A DNA stretch of 64,000 nt from Adineta vaga (taxonomy: Eukaryota > Animalia > Rotifera): assembly GCA_021613535.1 (NCBI GenBank), contig CP075495.1:15252001-15316000 (forward strand), given 5' to 3'. A model generated the notes under the pieces. That model did not search any database. It was not told the origin of the DNA and saw only the letters and a list, made by a program, of their open reading frames with translations. Positions 12,454 through 25,613 of the stretch are shown here, in pieces. Both the position numbers and the translations under genes were made by a program. Each line of letters starts with the position of its first letter. Within the stretch, counting starts at the first letter, position 1.

Positions 12454-14234
12454 ATGAAGGACATTTCCAATAATAATCTCAATGTACTTGATTTGCCTGA
12501 TGAAGTTTTATTTATTATATTAAAAAAACTCAACATGGCCAATGTTTTGTATTCCCTTGTGGGTGTTTGTAAACGACTTGATCAATTAGTATTTGATATA
12601 AACTATATTCATCATTTTGATATGACATCTATGACGATGAAATCATTTTACGATCGTATCTATTCAATAGATGATCGAATACTTTCGAAAATTTCTGAAA
12701 ATATTTTACCTAGAATTTATCATCAAGTAGATGAACTAATAGTTGAACAAAATACAATGAAACACGTTCTTCAAACTGTCAGTTATCCCAAACTTTACTC
12801 ATTATCACTCATGGATTTTCAACAAGAAGTACTTCTCGATCATTTAAAAAGTAAATCATTTACTTTTCTTTTCTTCAATTGAAAAAGATAAAACACTTTC
12901 TTCTTTATTTATCTATACACTACAGATAATACAATTCTTCGCAAGCTTCTTAGTGAACAAGTTACATGTCTTTTAATCGATGTTAAACATAAAACAATAT
13001 CACCACAACTTCCTGAAATTCTTTCGATTGTATTTGATCATGTTTTAGACATATGTAAATCATTAGCGAAATTAGATTTTTGCCAATTCGATTATCGACC
13101 CACTATTTGTACTTTTGGTTTATTAATCAATTGTCGATCTTCAAGTTTAACGACTTTAAAAATTGGTGTGGAAAACTTGAATGATTGTCTTCATTTACTG
13201 GATGGACGTCTCAGCTGTTTGTCAACACTGTTTATATACGTGGACTAAATAAGTCCATTCAGATTTATAAATAGTACGGTTAGTATAATTATTAGTTATT
13301 TTGTCTCATGTAAAATAAGTAATAAAGTCAGTAGATGAACATATTTCCATTGTTTTTGTTGTTGTTGTAGACAAAACTTCTCAAACTAAAAAGTTTCTCT
13401 CTCATCTCCTATTCTCGCACAAGTTCTTATGATAATCTAATTATTCCATTACTTCAACGAATGATAAATCTCGAAGAATTGGTCTTATTTCTATTAATTA
13501 CAAGAACGAACGCAAATTATATCGATGGTGTTGATTTATATGATAATATTCTTGATTATATGCCACAACTAAACAAATTTACTTTTAATATAGATACAAG
13601 CATAGTTAAGAATATTAATATTCATTTATCATCGTATGAAGATATTCAACTTAGTTTTCTTGAAAGAAAATATGGACCAGTTATTTCACATGTGGAAGTT
13701 TTCTCAAACGAAAGTCATGCTCATTCTCTTCTACCTGAATTCTATAGTAGATGTCATATTTATTCACTTCCATATCAATTTGAAACTTATTTTTATTTGA
13801 ATAATTCTTTTCAAGGTGACATGTTCAATACTGTTCAATGTCTATTAATGACAGATTTAAATCCATTTGAACATAACTTATTTAGAATTATCTCTCATAG
13901 TTTTCCTTGCTTGAAACGTTTGCATATAATTAATGATCAACCGCAAAAAGACAGACAACAATCGAAAACATCAACTACATTTCCTCGTCTTATTTTACTC
14001 AATCTTAATAGCGCTCATGCAGATTATGCTGGGCAATTTCTCAATGATAAAACTTGTCATTTACCTTGTTTACTCAATCTCTACATTGGTTATCAATCAC
14101 TGGCGTTAGTTACAAAGAATTTTACCAATGATGCAACACGTCTCATCTGTAGTAAACTGACCTATCTTCAAATAAATGAGCCATTTGTTCCTCCAAAACA
14201 TTTTTATGAATATTTTTCTTCTATTGTAACATAA
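12454..14234 (+). pseudogene. F-box/LRR-like gene (3 exons) with an in-frame premature stop in exon 2
   Basis: F-box LDLPDEVLFIILKKL. Exon 2 reads ..CLHLLDGRLSCLSTLFIYVD*ISPF with TAA at 13246-13248. Exon 3 is open to 14234. Confidence 0.7.
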
Positions 14235-14555
14235 TATTACCCCAATAAAGTTCTTTTATTATGAGACAATATTATAAATTTTATTTTACATGTTCTTTTT
14301 TTGTTTCATACTCATATTGATAATTCTCAGAACAATAATGTATAGTAATAGTGTATTGATAAATTTAATGTCTGAAACTGTACACAATTTCTCGAAATAA
14401 TCTTCAAAATACATATTGACTATAGACAAGCTGTTGCAAGTATTGAAATTTTTTTATTATAAACAATCATATTCTTAGAAAAAAATATAGATTAATTTCA
14501 CATCGATAGGTATCACTAAAGGTGACAAAATTTATAAAAGAGAAAACTGACCGAA

Positions 14556-15314
14556 TCAAAATTTATATTCCAATGTGCTTAATTGATGGATGCGTTCCCA
14601 AGTTTCTAATGAATTACATGCTTTTGTTGTACAACGAAGAGATATTTTATCACCTAATCGTGTTCGATTATCAGGAAAAAAATAAACTTGACGATCAACT
14701 ATATTATTAGGCATATCATAAAAAGCTGGACATCGAGCACAAATTTCACTCGGTGATTCGATTGATAAAAGTAAACAACTAGAACAATATGATAAATCAG
14801 TAGCCATTGGAGGACAATCCAGATGAGTTGTATTTGTATAATTAAGACATGAACTTCCATCAGTAAAAGAAAAACTACCATTATGAAATAAATTATTCAA
14901 TGTCGAAAGTTTTTCTTCAAGAATTAATGATTGAAAAGCTTTTAATAAACTTGTTCGATTATTACATTTGTCTGTTGTACAACTATGAAGAAGAAGTCGA
15001 TCAGAACCTAATCGAGGTGTATGTGAAATCAAAGCAAATGAAAAATGTAATGATGAATCTTTTGGAAGTAAGTCAGAAGAAACATCACCAAAATAATCAA
15101 TAAGACTTTTTTTACCATCTTCTAATGATAACCATCGAATTGCTGTACTACATTGTTTATCTGCTTGAACCAAATGACAATCTTCTGGAAATTCTGGAAG
15201 TTGACGAACATTAATCCAATAATTGATTGTTTCCATATTGCATTCGTAGCATGTTAAAGTAGAAATCGCATGAAAACTACTGACAAATATTAATAAGAAC
15301 AAGGCTAACAACAT
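14556..15314 (-). CDS. Secreted Cys-rich protein with two Ly6/uPAR (three-finger)-like modules
   Basis: Signal peptide, LTCYEC start, CTTDKCN and CTTKACN module ends; intronless 252-aa ORF. Confidence 0.75.
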   Translation of the reverse strand: MLLALFLLIFVSSFHAISTLTCYECNMETINYWINVRQLPEFPEDCHLVQADKQCSTAIRWLSLEDGKKSLIDYFGDVSSDLLPKDSSLHFSFALISHTPRLGSDRLLLHSCTTDKCNNRTSLLKAFQSLILEEKLSTLNNLFHNGSFSFTDGSSCLNYTNTTHLDCPPMATDLSYCSSCLLLSIESPSEICARCPAFYDMPNNIVDRQVYFFPDNRTRLGDKISLRCTTKACNSLETWERIHQLSTLEYKF

Positions 15315-15579
15315 GTTTATCCAAAAATAAATTTTTGTAGTTTATATATGTTTTTCTTATCAAACTGATAATATAAGGATAAAAAAGAATTCAGGACATT
15401 CTTACTGATAACCTAGATAAAATATTAAAGAATTGAAGACATATTTTTATTGTTATAAGAGATTTTTTCATTAACTGCAAACGGCTAAAATTGATTGGTG
15501 TAAATCACCGTTTTCGAAGATAGATTTTTCAACAATATGAAATACATTTGACCTGTTTAATGCCAACAAAATAAATACT

Positions 15580-15945
15580 AAAAGATATTTTTGATAATCA
15601 GTTTGAGTATAATTAAGAAGAATATGAATACTAATCTAATATCGCTTGCAGATATTCAACTTAGCTTTAGCGGAAAAAAATATGAACCAGTTGCTTCACA
15701 TGTTGAAATTTTTTCAAACGAAAATGGAAGTGAAGGTCATGTTTATTCACTTCCATACAAGTTCCATAGCAGATGTCATATCTACTCACTACTATATCAA
15801 TTTGAAGCTTTCCTTTATTTAAACATAACTTATTGAAAATTATCGCAGAGTTTTTCTTTCATTAAAAAAACTGCATATAATTAATAATGAACTCCAAAAA
15901 AATAAGCAACAACCAAAAACATTAATCATATTGTCTCATCTTCTT
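15580..15945 (+). pseudogene. F-box/LRR-like gene fragment (copy of about 13590-14000)
   Basis: DIQLSFSGKKYEPVASHVEIFSNE..FHSRCHIYSLLYQFE matches exon 3 of the 12454 gene; deletions and stops follow. Confidence 0.75.
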
Positions 15946-16099
15946 GAGGATGTGTAAAGATGCATGTAGATATAGAATGAGTACTCACACCTTCATGATC
16001 CTCAACAATTTCTTCAAGTTTTTTGAAAAGCTAGAATTCATTTTTCATCAAAAAATTTCATTTTTCTTTTTATATATCTTTAAAATCATAACAATAAAA

Positions 16100-17768
16100 T
16101 TAATAGCGAAAACTGAGTTGTCGTGGTGTCATAAATTGACGAACAACATCCAATGTAACTTCTTTTCGTTGTTCTTGATGTTTAGCAACTAATGCTTGTA
16201 GAACTTCAATTAAGATCTTTTTCAATTCACCGGTTAATAATTTGCCTGATGAATAATCCTAAACGAAAGAAAATCAATAGATTTCGAAGATAATATAGAA
16301 GATATTTACTTGACGAATTTGCTCAAGTCGTTCATCATCATCCAAAAAATATCGAAGATATTGAAATGAAACATCAATTTCACAGTCACCACCTTTAGCT
16401 CGATGTTCTTCAAGTGTTTCCTTGCCACCACTGAATGCATGTTTATTAACCTATGAATTTATGAGAAATAAGAATCGAGAAGGAGTTTTGAAAAGTGAAA
16501 TTACTTTGTCTTTGATTTGTTTTGGTGTATCAATAAGAAAAATAGCTGAATTTGCATCTGATGCAGCCATTTTCGATTTTGCACCTTGAAGTGCTGGAAA
16601 AAATGTTGAATGCATTAATGCTGGTTTTGGAAAATTTAAACGTGGTGCAACATCACGTGTCATTCGAAAATATGGATCCTATTGTCGTATGAAAAGAAAA
16701 CATTAGATTCATTTGATATCGATTTCAATCTTTTTTACTTGATCAATAGCACATGGAATTAAACAAGGAAATTCATGTTTCAATTTTTCACCAAATATAA
16801 ACGGAAATGATGAACTGAGACTAGGTGCTGCTTGAATGGCAGGAAAAGCAATCTTTCCAATACAATCACTTTCAGTAAAACCAAAGATTCCTATTGAAAA
16901 TGAATAATTAATTCATAATAATAATTTCATCATTGATATTTACCTTTCACTTGATTAAATGTCACACTTTTTTGAATGCGAACAATATTTCGATAGAAAT
17001 TTGGACATTGACTAAATTTGAAAAGAAAAACTGAATATGAATTATTCATGAATAATGATTTAACTTACGCCATAAAATCAAAATCCGAAAAAATAAATGT
17101 TTTTGTTGGATCAAAACCACATGCAATAATATCTTTTGCATTTTCATATGCATATCTATTGGCATCCTCAATTGTTATATCTTTCCAGAGAAATTTTTCA
17201 TCATCAGTCATTTGAATCACCAATGGAACATCAAATGCATCTTGTAACCATCTAAAATCATTTCTTGTTCGAGATTTTCTTACAAAAATTGTTTTTTCTA
17301 TACTTTGTCATTATAAATGGAATTAAATGACCCAAATGCATTGCCTCAGATGATGGACCACGACCAGTATATAAGAAAAATGGTTTTTTCTGTTCATAGG
17401 CATTAAGAATGAACTCAAGATCTCTAGACAAACAGAAAATAAATATAGAGAAAAACAAAATGAAGATTACAATATGAACCTGTGTGAGAAGAAGATTCCA
17501 CGTCGAATAAAATAATGAACAGGTTTTTTAATAATTGATTCAATACGTGCAATTAATTCAGGTGAAATTTTTGATGAACCAAAACGACCTTTAATAATAA
17601 ATCAATTCATTTTTATTGAGTAACTCGTATAGAAATTAATAACTTACGGATAAGTTTATCATAATCAATTCCTTTAGCAGATGTACTAGCTACGTTCCAT
17701 GGATCAACAATATCTTCAACTTCTTCAGTCGTTTTTTCAATCGCTTCTTCTGCAACCGGGAAAGACAT
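16100..17768 (-). CDS. WARS1: Cytoplasmic tryptophanyl-tRNA synthetase (multi-exon)
   Basis: [20 protein letters not shown]; [16 protein letters not shown] (HIGH-type); [20 protein letters not shown]; KMAAS (KMSKS-type); ends [10 protein letters not shown]. Confidence 0.95.
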
Positions 17769-18049
17769 TCTAAAAGAAAACTAATAAATTTCAATAAGAT
17801 TTTCACGTTTTATAATCAATTGATTGCATCAGGATCTGTCATAAAACAAAAGATCTTGCATCAGATATGTTGTTCATGTTCTCTTGCTTTATTAATAGTT
17901 TTTATTGGTAAATATTTATCCAGTAAGATAATATTGAAATTTTACCTGTCTACATGTCAGTATCAAAGAAATTTTATTCGATATTAAATTTTATTTTGAT
18001 GAAAGATTACATTTATTCAAAGTCAACAAAAATCATTAAATCATATACG

Positions 18050-18890
18050 GTTTTTTCATAGCTATGCGTCGATAGATATCACTACTTCACAGTTTAAGCG
18101 TTATTCTATCAGCTAATCATGTTCGATTTCCAGGAAAAAAATAAACTTGACGCATAACTATATTACTAGCTACATCATAATAAACTGGACATCAAGCACA
18201 GATTTCACTAGGTGATTCTATTGAGAAGAGTACACAACTTGAACAAAGTATTAAATCATCAGCCATTGGAGGACAATCCAGATGAGTTGCATTTGTAAAA
18301 TTAAGACATGAAACTCCATCGATAAATGAAAAACTACCATTATGAAATAAAGTATTGTACTTGTACTTCCCAAACCAAATACAAAGTAAATTTCTTAGAG
18401 TACAAGTAAAATATTTTTACTTGCTGTACTTGTACTCGTCCAAGCTCTGGTATTCAAAGCAGATAAATTTTCTTTGAGGATTAATGATTGAAAAGCGTGC
18501 AATAAATTTGTTCGATTGTTACATTTATCTGTTGTACAACTTTAGAGATGAGATCGTTGTCATCTTAATCGAGGTGTAAGTCCAATAGCAGCAAGTGCAT
18601 ATAAAAATGAAGAATCTATCGACAAATATCAGTAAGAAGATGGCTAAGCGCATCATTTTTTTTTTCTAAAAATAAATTTTTACTTTAAAAACTATTTTTT
18701 TGTTCTTAAAATGAAAAAAAAGTAAGTTATAAAAACAACTAAAAGTATTTTTGATGATAACCTAGATAAAATATTAACAAATCAAAGACATATTTCTATT
18801 GTTGTAAAAGATTTTTCAAAAATTATAAACTGAAAATTGATCGATATAAATTATTGCTTTTTGAGAATCAGTTTCTTAACGATAGGAAAT
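18050..18890 (-). pseudogene. Degenerate duplicate of the two-module Ly6-like gene plus its upstream region
   Basis: Similar to about 14600-15060 and 15400-15540 (shared gataacctagataaaatattaa); interrupted by an insertion and missing the N-terminal part. Confidence 0.8.
18357..18449. mobile_element. Short MITE-like remnant inserted in the Ly6-like pseudogene
   Basis: Absent from the intact paralog; flanked by gtatt on both sides; internal gtacttgtac/gtacaagta repeats; ends ccaagctctg. Confidence 0.5.
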
Positions 18891-19022
18891 ATTTTCTTTT
18901 GTTATTAGAAAATGAGTCTCTAAAAGTTCGATTTTAACATAAAAATTTAATGATAAATTAAACGAAAAAAAAACTAGTTTTATTAAATAACAAAAATATA
19001 CACATAACGATGTATATTAAAT

Positions 19023-21090
19023 TCATAAACGCGCAAATTTGATAACTCTATGATTGTTACTACTGACCACATAAAGATTAAAATTTGAATCGAAAGCAAC
19101 AGCAGTTGGTTCATCAAGTGAAGCTGCACCAACAGATCCTTCCATTACAACAATACCGATAGTAGAATTAGGACAATACATAACTACTCGATCTTTGTCT
19201 AAATCAGCAACATATAAGTTACCATATGAATCTAACACCATACCATTTGGTTTGTCCAAATTATTGTTACCACTGTTTCCATTAACTTGAGAAAGAGTTC
19301 GAGATGGATTTGAAGCACCAGATGTCCATTGATATATCTCTTTCTCATCTTCATTACTCATGTAAACTTCATTTGATACACCAGGTACAAGTATAAGATC
19401 ACGAACCTTTTCGATACGAGCTTGATTATTTATGAAAGCAGTACCGCTTGTAGCATTGAGTATCCATTTCATTACTCGTTTATTGCCTGAATCAGCAATA
19501 TAAATATTGAGATTATTGTCAATATCAACACTAGTTGGTTCCTTCAAATCGGTATTTGCATTCGAATTTGAACCAGTAGTTCCTGCCACAGTTGTACCAA
19601 CAGTTGAGGTTAAAGAAAAACTTTGAATGCGGTGATTTTTCATGTCAGCTACGTACGTTAATCCATTTTTATCAAAATTGAGATCTACAGGTTCGTCAAG
19701 CGCAGTAGACGATGAACCCGAATTACCATTACTTCTACCTGCTACTGTCACACCACTTACAGCACCTTCTACCCATTGTTGAATACGATTATTGTCTGTA
19801 TCACAAATATAAAGTGTATTATTTTCGTCAATGAACAAACAACGTGGTTTCTTAAGTTGATTCGCACCGTTACCATTACTATTCCCTCCAGCAACGATCA
19901 CGCCTGTTTTATTCCAACGAAGACCAGTACCTAAATGAATATATTATGTAGAAAAATATAATAGTATTGAAAACAAATCAACAAACAAGAATCAAATGCT
20001 GTTGTAGTTGTAGTTGCTATAAATAAATAAAAAGTTTCAACAATCATATTCTTTAACTATATCAATAAATACTTGTCACAGTAGTAGTCGATGTCGTACT
20101 GGTTGTTACTGAAGTAGTAGAGGTAGTAGCAGTAGAAGTGGATGTAGTTGTCGATGTCGATGTCGATGTCGATGTTGTTGACGTACTAGTTGTTTTAGTT
20201 GTAGTGCTAGTTGACGACGTGCTTGCTATTTAACAAGATTATAATTCATAATTGTATGTAGCTTTACTCACAAGTTGATGATGTACTTGACGTAGAAGAT
20301 GAAGTCGTTGTTGTAGCTTTTATATAAGAGAAAAAACATGAAATACTACAAAAATGATTGTATATATTTATTATATACTTGCAGTAGTAGTTGTAACTGT
20401 TGTTCCTAAAAACGTTTTAATATTTTTTTTTTCAAAACAGGTTTGATTATGTTTTTGTCTGACTCACCTGTTGTTGTAGTTGTTTGTTGTTTTGGCTGAG
20501 TTGCTAAGCAGAAATAGAAAAATTATAAACAAATTATTTTAACTAATATTCAACTCAAAAAAGAAACAACCGATACTATTTTCGAGGTTGCTATGTAATT
20601 TATCTTATATATATATATATGTCTGAGATAACTCAATGTTTATTTCTTTAATACATACTGAGGACACCAATAACGGTTGCAGCTGCTGCTGCAAGAAGAA
20701 CTCCTGCTAGTATAGTAGATATTACAAGACAACAACATTTTCGTGAGATTTTGTATGATTTTCGTCTTTGAAATAATAAAAAATTATCAAATAAATCTTC
20801 GAGAATATTATACTGTTCTCAAATATTTACTTTCCATGTTGTCGAGTGTGACTTAGGTCGTGTAAGTTGCCCAGTTCTGGACTTTTTGAAAACCGAATCT
20901 CTTTCTAGAAGACAAATAATAAAATCGTCACTATCATTGCATTTAAGATCAACTACTAATCGACATATCTGTTGCATATCAACAATTGTGGGTTTATCTT
21001 TCGTATAATTTTCTTTTGATAAATTTATTCTTTGAACATAAACCGATGAAAATTTGTTCGATTTTGATTGGATCGATAGTCTCTTTTGCT
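19023..21090 (-). CDS. Type II membrane NHL-repeat (beta-propeller) protein with Thr/Ser-rich stalk built from micro-exons; 5' end approximate
   Basis: 292-aa terminal exon with six NHL repeats (LYICDTDNNRIQ, YVADMKNHRIQ, IYIADSGNKRV). Upstream short exons encode T/S runs and a TM segment CCCLVISTILAGVLLAAAAATVIGVL. Confidence 0.85.
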
Positions 21091-21924
21091 ACATAATTAT
21101 ATAATATTTATTACTATACAATTCGTTAAACTTAGCAGTTTACATACGAGTAATAGACGTTTCTTGTTATCAACCATTATTAATCACTAGTGAGTTATTG
21201 ATATAATCGAAAAGAATAATCAATAGACTGGCAATGGATTGTTTTTTGCACTCTGCTAAACAATGCAGTGAAAAATGATTTTGAATAAAGTTATTTTATA
21301 CTGAGTACAAGGTATACACAAAAAAACACCAAAGTACTCTTTTCGTCCAACATACACTGAAACCTGATTTTAGGGGTAAATTTCGAAAATACTAATTCGT
21401 CCTGATTTACTCAGACAGTAACCAGGTGTCTAAAGAATAGAAGAAATGCAAAAGGTTTCACCGAAAATATACTTTGTTTTAGGTTTCTCTAAGAATTAAA
21501 ATGAAGAAAATAATACGATGTACAGACATAAACATCTTCACAAAAAAAATTCCATTATTATTAATCATTCTTGTAGATTTTATTCGTTCGTGTACAATCA
21601 TCGAAAAAGATGTCTTATTATATCAATTTCTAGAAGATTTTTTATGCGATTTTTAAATTGATTTTAAAATAAATAATAAGAGAAGAAAAAAATGTATAGG
21701 ATGTCTATTTTTTCCCAAGTCTGAAGTCTTTTAAGTGAGAACAAAAAATATTTGTGTCATTATGTTTTCTTAGATTCGTATTGGTGAGTTGATTCAATTA
21801 AAATAACAATAAAAACACAAAAAAAACAATCAAAAATTGTATCGTCATTGTATGAGCACAAGAATTCTCATTCTGTTGCAGAATTAATAGTATGTCTTTC
21901 TTATTAAATAAAGTTTCTATTTAT

Positions 21925-22428
21925 CTAACATGAAAAGATTTGTTTAATAAATAGACAACTCAATACAGATGATACAGTAACAATTAATAATGCAGAATGA
22001 GTCATAGCATTGTTACAATTATCTTTATTGGAACAACAATAAAGTGTTGCAAGTGAACCAGTACTTTCAGCTGTGTTACAAACAGTATTTGAACCTTCTC
22101 GAATAACAGTACCCGATGGGAAAAAACCCATATTTGCCCAATACATTGTTTTCTAATCAATGAATAAAAATCATAAGAAGATCACTTTAAAGCGTGACTT
22201 ACATGACACGATGTAAAACCTGGTTGAGATACACTACTTGTTATTGATAGATCTCCTTTGTAAGGATCATAACAATCAATATTGGTAGCACTTGAACATA
22301 CAATACAATTTAATTCATATGTCGTGGAGATCATAGCTAAATATATAATTTCATAAAAGTTCTTTTATTTATACATCGAAACTATACGTACTCATTATGA
22401 TCAGACATGAAAAAATAGTAATATCCAT
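21925..22428 (-). CDS. Ly6/three-finger (quiver-like) GPI-anchored protein, copy 1 (3 exons)
   Basis: Signal peptide, LNCIVCSS..CYDP, LYCCSNKDNCN, hydrophobic C-terminal GPI-type tail. Confidence 0.8.
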
Positions 22429-23228
22429 CTGTTTTTTTACAGTAAAATTCAAGTAATCAGATGGAGAGCAAAACAGTTAATTGTACGTTTGATCAAATAG
22501 TTATAAAAAATTTTAAATCAAGTATAATAGATATTTTGTGTTTCCTTTAAAAACATTGATTTTAAAAGCAAACAATACCATTATATATTCAATGTGGACA
22601 TTATTTTCTATTTGAAATCGAGCAAATCAATATGTATACAACATTGAAATAATATTTGATTAAGTATTCATTGAAACATTTAGACAATTTTCTTTTACAT
22701 TGATATACTTATACTCTCAATAGTTTGAAACGACGCCAAAGATTGGCAAAATATTTTTGTATTTAATTCGTAGGAATAAAAATCATTACTTTTCAGCATT
22801 ATCGTTGTGTTCTACGAAACAATCTCTGATGATATGAACATTATCTTAAGTTAAAAAATAGCAATTCTTCTGATTAATATTTCTGATAATCGGAATGTTC
22901 ATTGAATTCGTTCTTTTACATACAACTATTTTCTCTCTTATTCTGAGAAATCTGTTAAATGCAAATGCAACTATAAACACATGATTACTCATAGAGAAAA
23001 CGACAGAACAGAAAAAGTAGAATGGCGTTGTTTGACATATATCTAATGCGCACTTTCTCGTTCTTTCCGTATTTTGTCTTGGATCTTACTGCGCAATTGT
23101 AGTACTCTGATGATGATCGACGCAATCTCAATCTCTTTCTCATTTAATCAGCATTCATCAATATGAATAGACCCATAAATCGTCATTCTCTCTCATTTTT
23201 ACATTTACATGATACAAAACACAATAAA

Positions 23229-23489
23229 ATGGAATGTTTTATACACGATCTCGATGAAGAAGCGGCAAAGCGTCAAAGAAGTAATTCAGAAGGTGTTCAA
23301 TCCATGACTCAAGCTACGATGAATATGCAAAGTACTCTGAGTGGTGATACAACGGATGATAAGTCTCAAACTGGTATGACTGGACCAAGTTGGACTGGTG
23401 GTATTGGTCAAGGTGAAAATCATTGTCATAGGAGCGGACCAGATCGTCATCCAGATGAATTAGATTGTGACTTTTGCCGCAAGCATTGA
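23229..23489 (+). CDS. Small protein of unknown function with a C-terminal Cys/His cluster
   Basis: GC-richer intronless ORF MECFIHDLDEEAAKRQRS..HCHRSGPDRHPDELDCDFCRKH*. An alternative in-frame ATG lies at 23163. Confidence 0.55.
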   Translation: MECFIHDLDEEAAKRQRSNSEGVQSMTQATMNMQSTLSGDTTDDKSQTGMTGPSWTGGIGQGENHCHRSGPDRHPDELDCDFCRKH

Positions 23490-24289
23490 CTTTTCTTTCT
23501 GTAAATTTTTAAAAGTTTGTTGTATTATGCATTGTAGTTATATATTTTGTACAGAATAAAATCAATTTTCTATTCCCAACTAACTTGAGAAGATGGAACA
23601 AATTAGTTATCCTTACATACGACTTTTGATTATATAAGCTGTTGATTATTGAGGCGTTCTCGCTACGCATATTTTCTTCTACTCTAATAACAGCGATATG
23701 TTCCTGGAAATTACATGTATCTTCATTGTCATACGTAAAATAAGTTGGGTTAAGCTCAGCGTTTCGTTTCATCAAATGCTAGGCTCAAAGAATCTAAAAG
23801 AAAAAATAATATCAAGAGCAAAACATCCACATATTCGAATAACAGAAGCCATTGGTATTCTTTATCGTTCTAATATTAGCTTTTTCTCCTTTGATAAACA
23901 TATTTCCGAAACGATATTCGACAGTAATGCATGCATTGACAAGGTAATGACTGTATAGTGTAGCAGTCGATAAAATGGCGAAAGTATTATATTCTATATT
24001 ATAGCAAGCATTTAGTACCTGTTTTTTCACTTTAGACGAGAAAAAGCCTAGTGTTCTGCAGGTTTCCAATGTCCAGCAAGCCCAAAATTTGTTTGTTGTT
24101 AATTATTTTGAATAATTTACTCTCTGTAACGACTACGATCGTAAAGAAAAGCTCTATACGAAGCCATTCTATAAACATCTTTTACGTGTACAAGAATTCA
24201 ATTGATCACTTATACTTTTAGAAAAAAAATTATCTAATATATTATGCGTAGATACTAGAGCTTATTCAAACGAATGTTCGTTTCCATTA

Positions 24290-24415
24290 ATAGGTGGTGA
24301 ACTTCTATCTTCTAAGCATCAATCTATTTTAACTGAATTCACTGGCAAATAACATCTTAAATGGAAACTTCTATATAAGGCTAAACGAGATGGATTCCGT
24401 AGTGCAGATTTTATA
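24290..24415 (+). pseudogene. TLDc-domain gene fragment
   Basis: GELLSSKHQSILTEFTGK*HLKWKLLYKAKRDGFRSADF, similar to 27600-27722, with a stop and truncation. Confidence 0.8.
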
Positions 24416-25111
24416 AATATAATGTCCAATGTGAGCATGAGTGTTTCTCTCTGCCGAGTCGACAGCTAACGTTAGTATCCTAGAGAATTGGCGTACATGT
24501 ACACAGTAAATTATTGACTGTTTCTATTCGGTCATGATTATAAAAGAACTACAAAGAAAATCCAGAAAAAAATAACTGCATTTTATACAGAAATTCACTG
24601 GTGAAATCAACAAATATTACATATTATCCATGCGAAGAGTTACATTATATCGGAATTTGAAAATATTTACTTATTTTAGTTCTGAAGGATATGACAAATA
24701 TCCTTCATAATTTTGGTTTGAATAAAATAAACATTGCACATAATGTTTGGTTTTTCGGAAAAGTACAAGAAAAATCACATGAGTCAGATAAGAATTTAAA
24801 TTTGTCTATTGGTGTATTTATTTGATAGTTTTAGTAGAGAAAAGAATTTTGTTTTATTTCAGAATTTCATTCTATGATTTGACAAAATTCAATAAATGAA
24901 GATTTCGTAATTTGTTAAAAATTTAAATGTAATAAATTATTTTGAATACGTCTTTGAAAAACAACTATATAGATATATATATAACTAAAATATAAGTATT
25001 GTGATCGAAGTCTTAAAACTATTTGTATCGTCGAGTATTATAATAAAATAAACAAAAAAAGTATAAATAATTGAAATGGATTTTATTCAATGGGATAGAA
25101 AGTGGAATTAT

Positions 25112-25613
25112 TTAATATAAAATAATTTGTGTGACAAAAAAACAACTACATATAGACAAAAGAATGAGATTTAATAATATAGAATGTGTTATAGCATTGT
25201 TACAATTATCTTTATTGGAACAACAATAAAGTGTTGTCAGTGAACCAGTATCTCGAGTTGTATCACAAACGGCACTTGAACCTTCTCGAATAACAGTACC
25301 CGATGGGAAATAACCCACATCTGCCCAATGCATTGTTTTCTAACCAATGAAGAAAAAAAATCATAAGAAAATCACATAAAAACATGACTTACACGACATG
25401 ACTTAAAACCTGATTGAGATAGAGTACTTGTTGTCGATAGATCTCCTTTGTAAGGATCATAACAATCAATATTGGTAGTACTTGAACATATAATACAATT
25501 TAATTCATATGTCATGGAGATCATGACTAAATATACAATATACATAAATAATGTTTTGCAAATACGACAGACTTACTTAAAATAATCAAACATGACCAAA
25601 GAATAATATTCAT
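25112..25613 (-). CDS. Ly6/three-finger GPI-anchored protein, copy 2 (3 exons)
   Basis: Paralog of 21925-22428 with the same exon layout; CCSNKDNCN followed by a hydrophobic tail. Confidence 0.8.

Noticed and set aside
15944-16010. Short segment with inverted ends ttgaggat/atcctcaa
   Set aside because: An 8-bp inverted repeat is too short to call an element.
16555-16585. KMAAS instead of KMSAS in TrpRS
   Set aside because: A single conservative change in a variable loop; all other motifs are intact.
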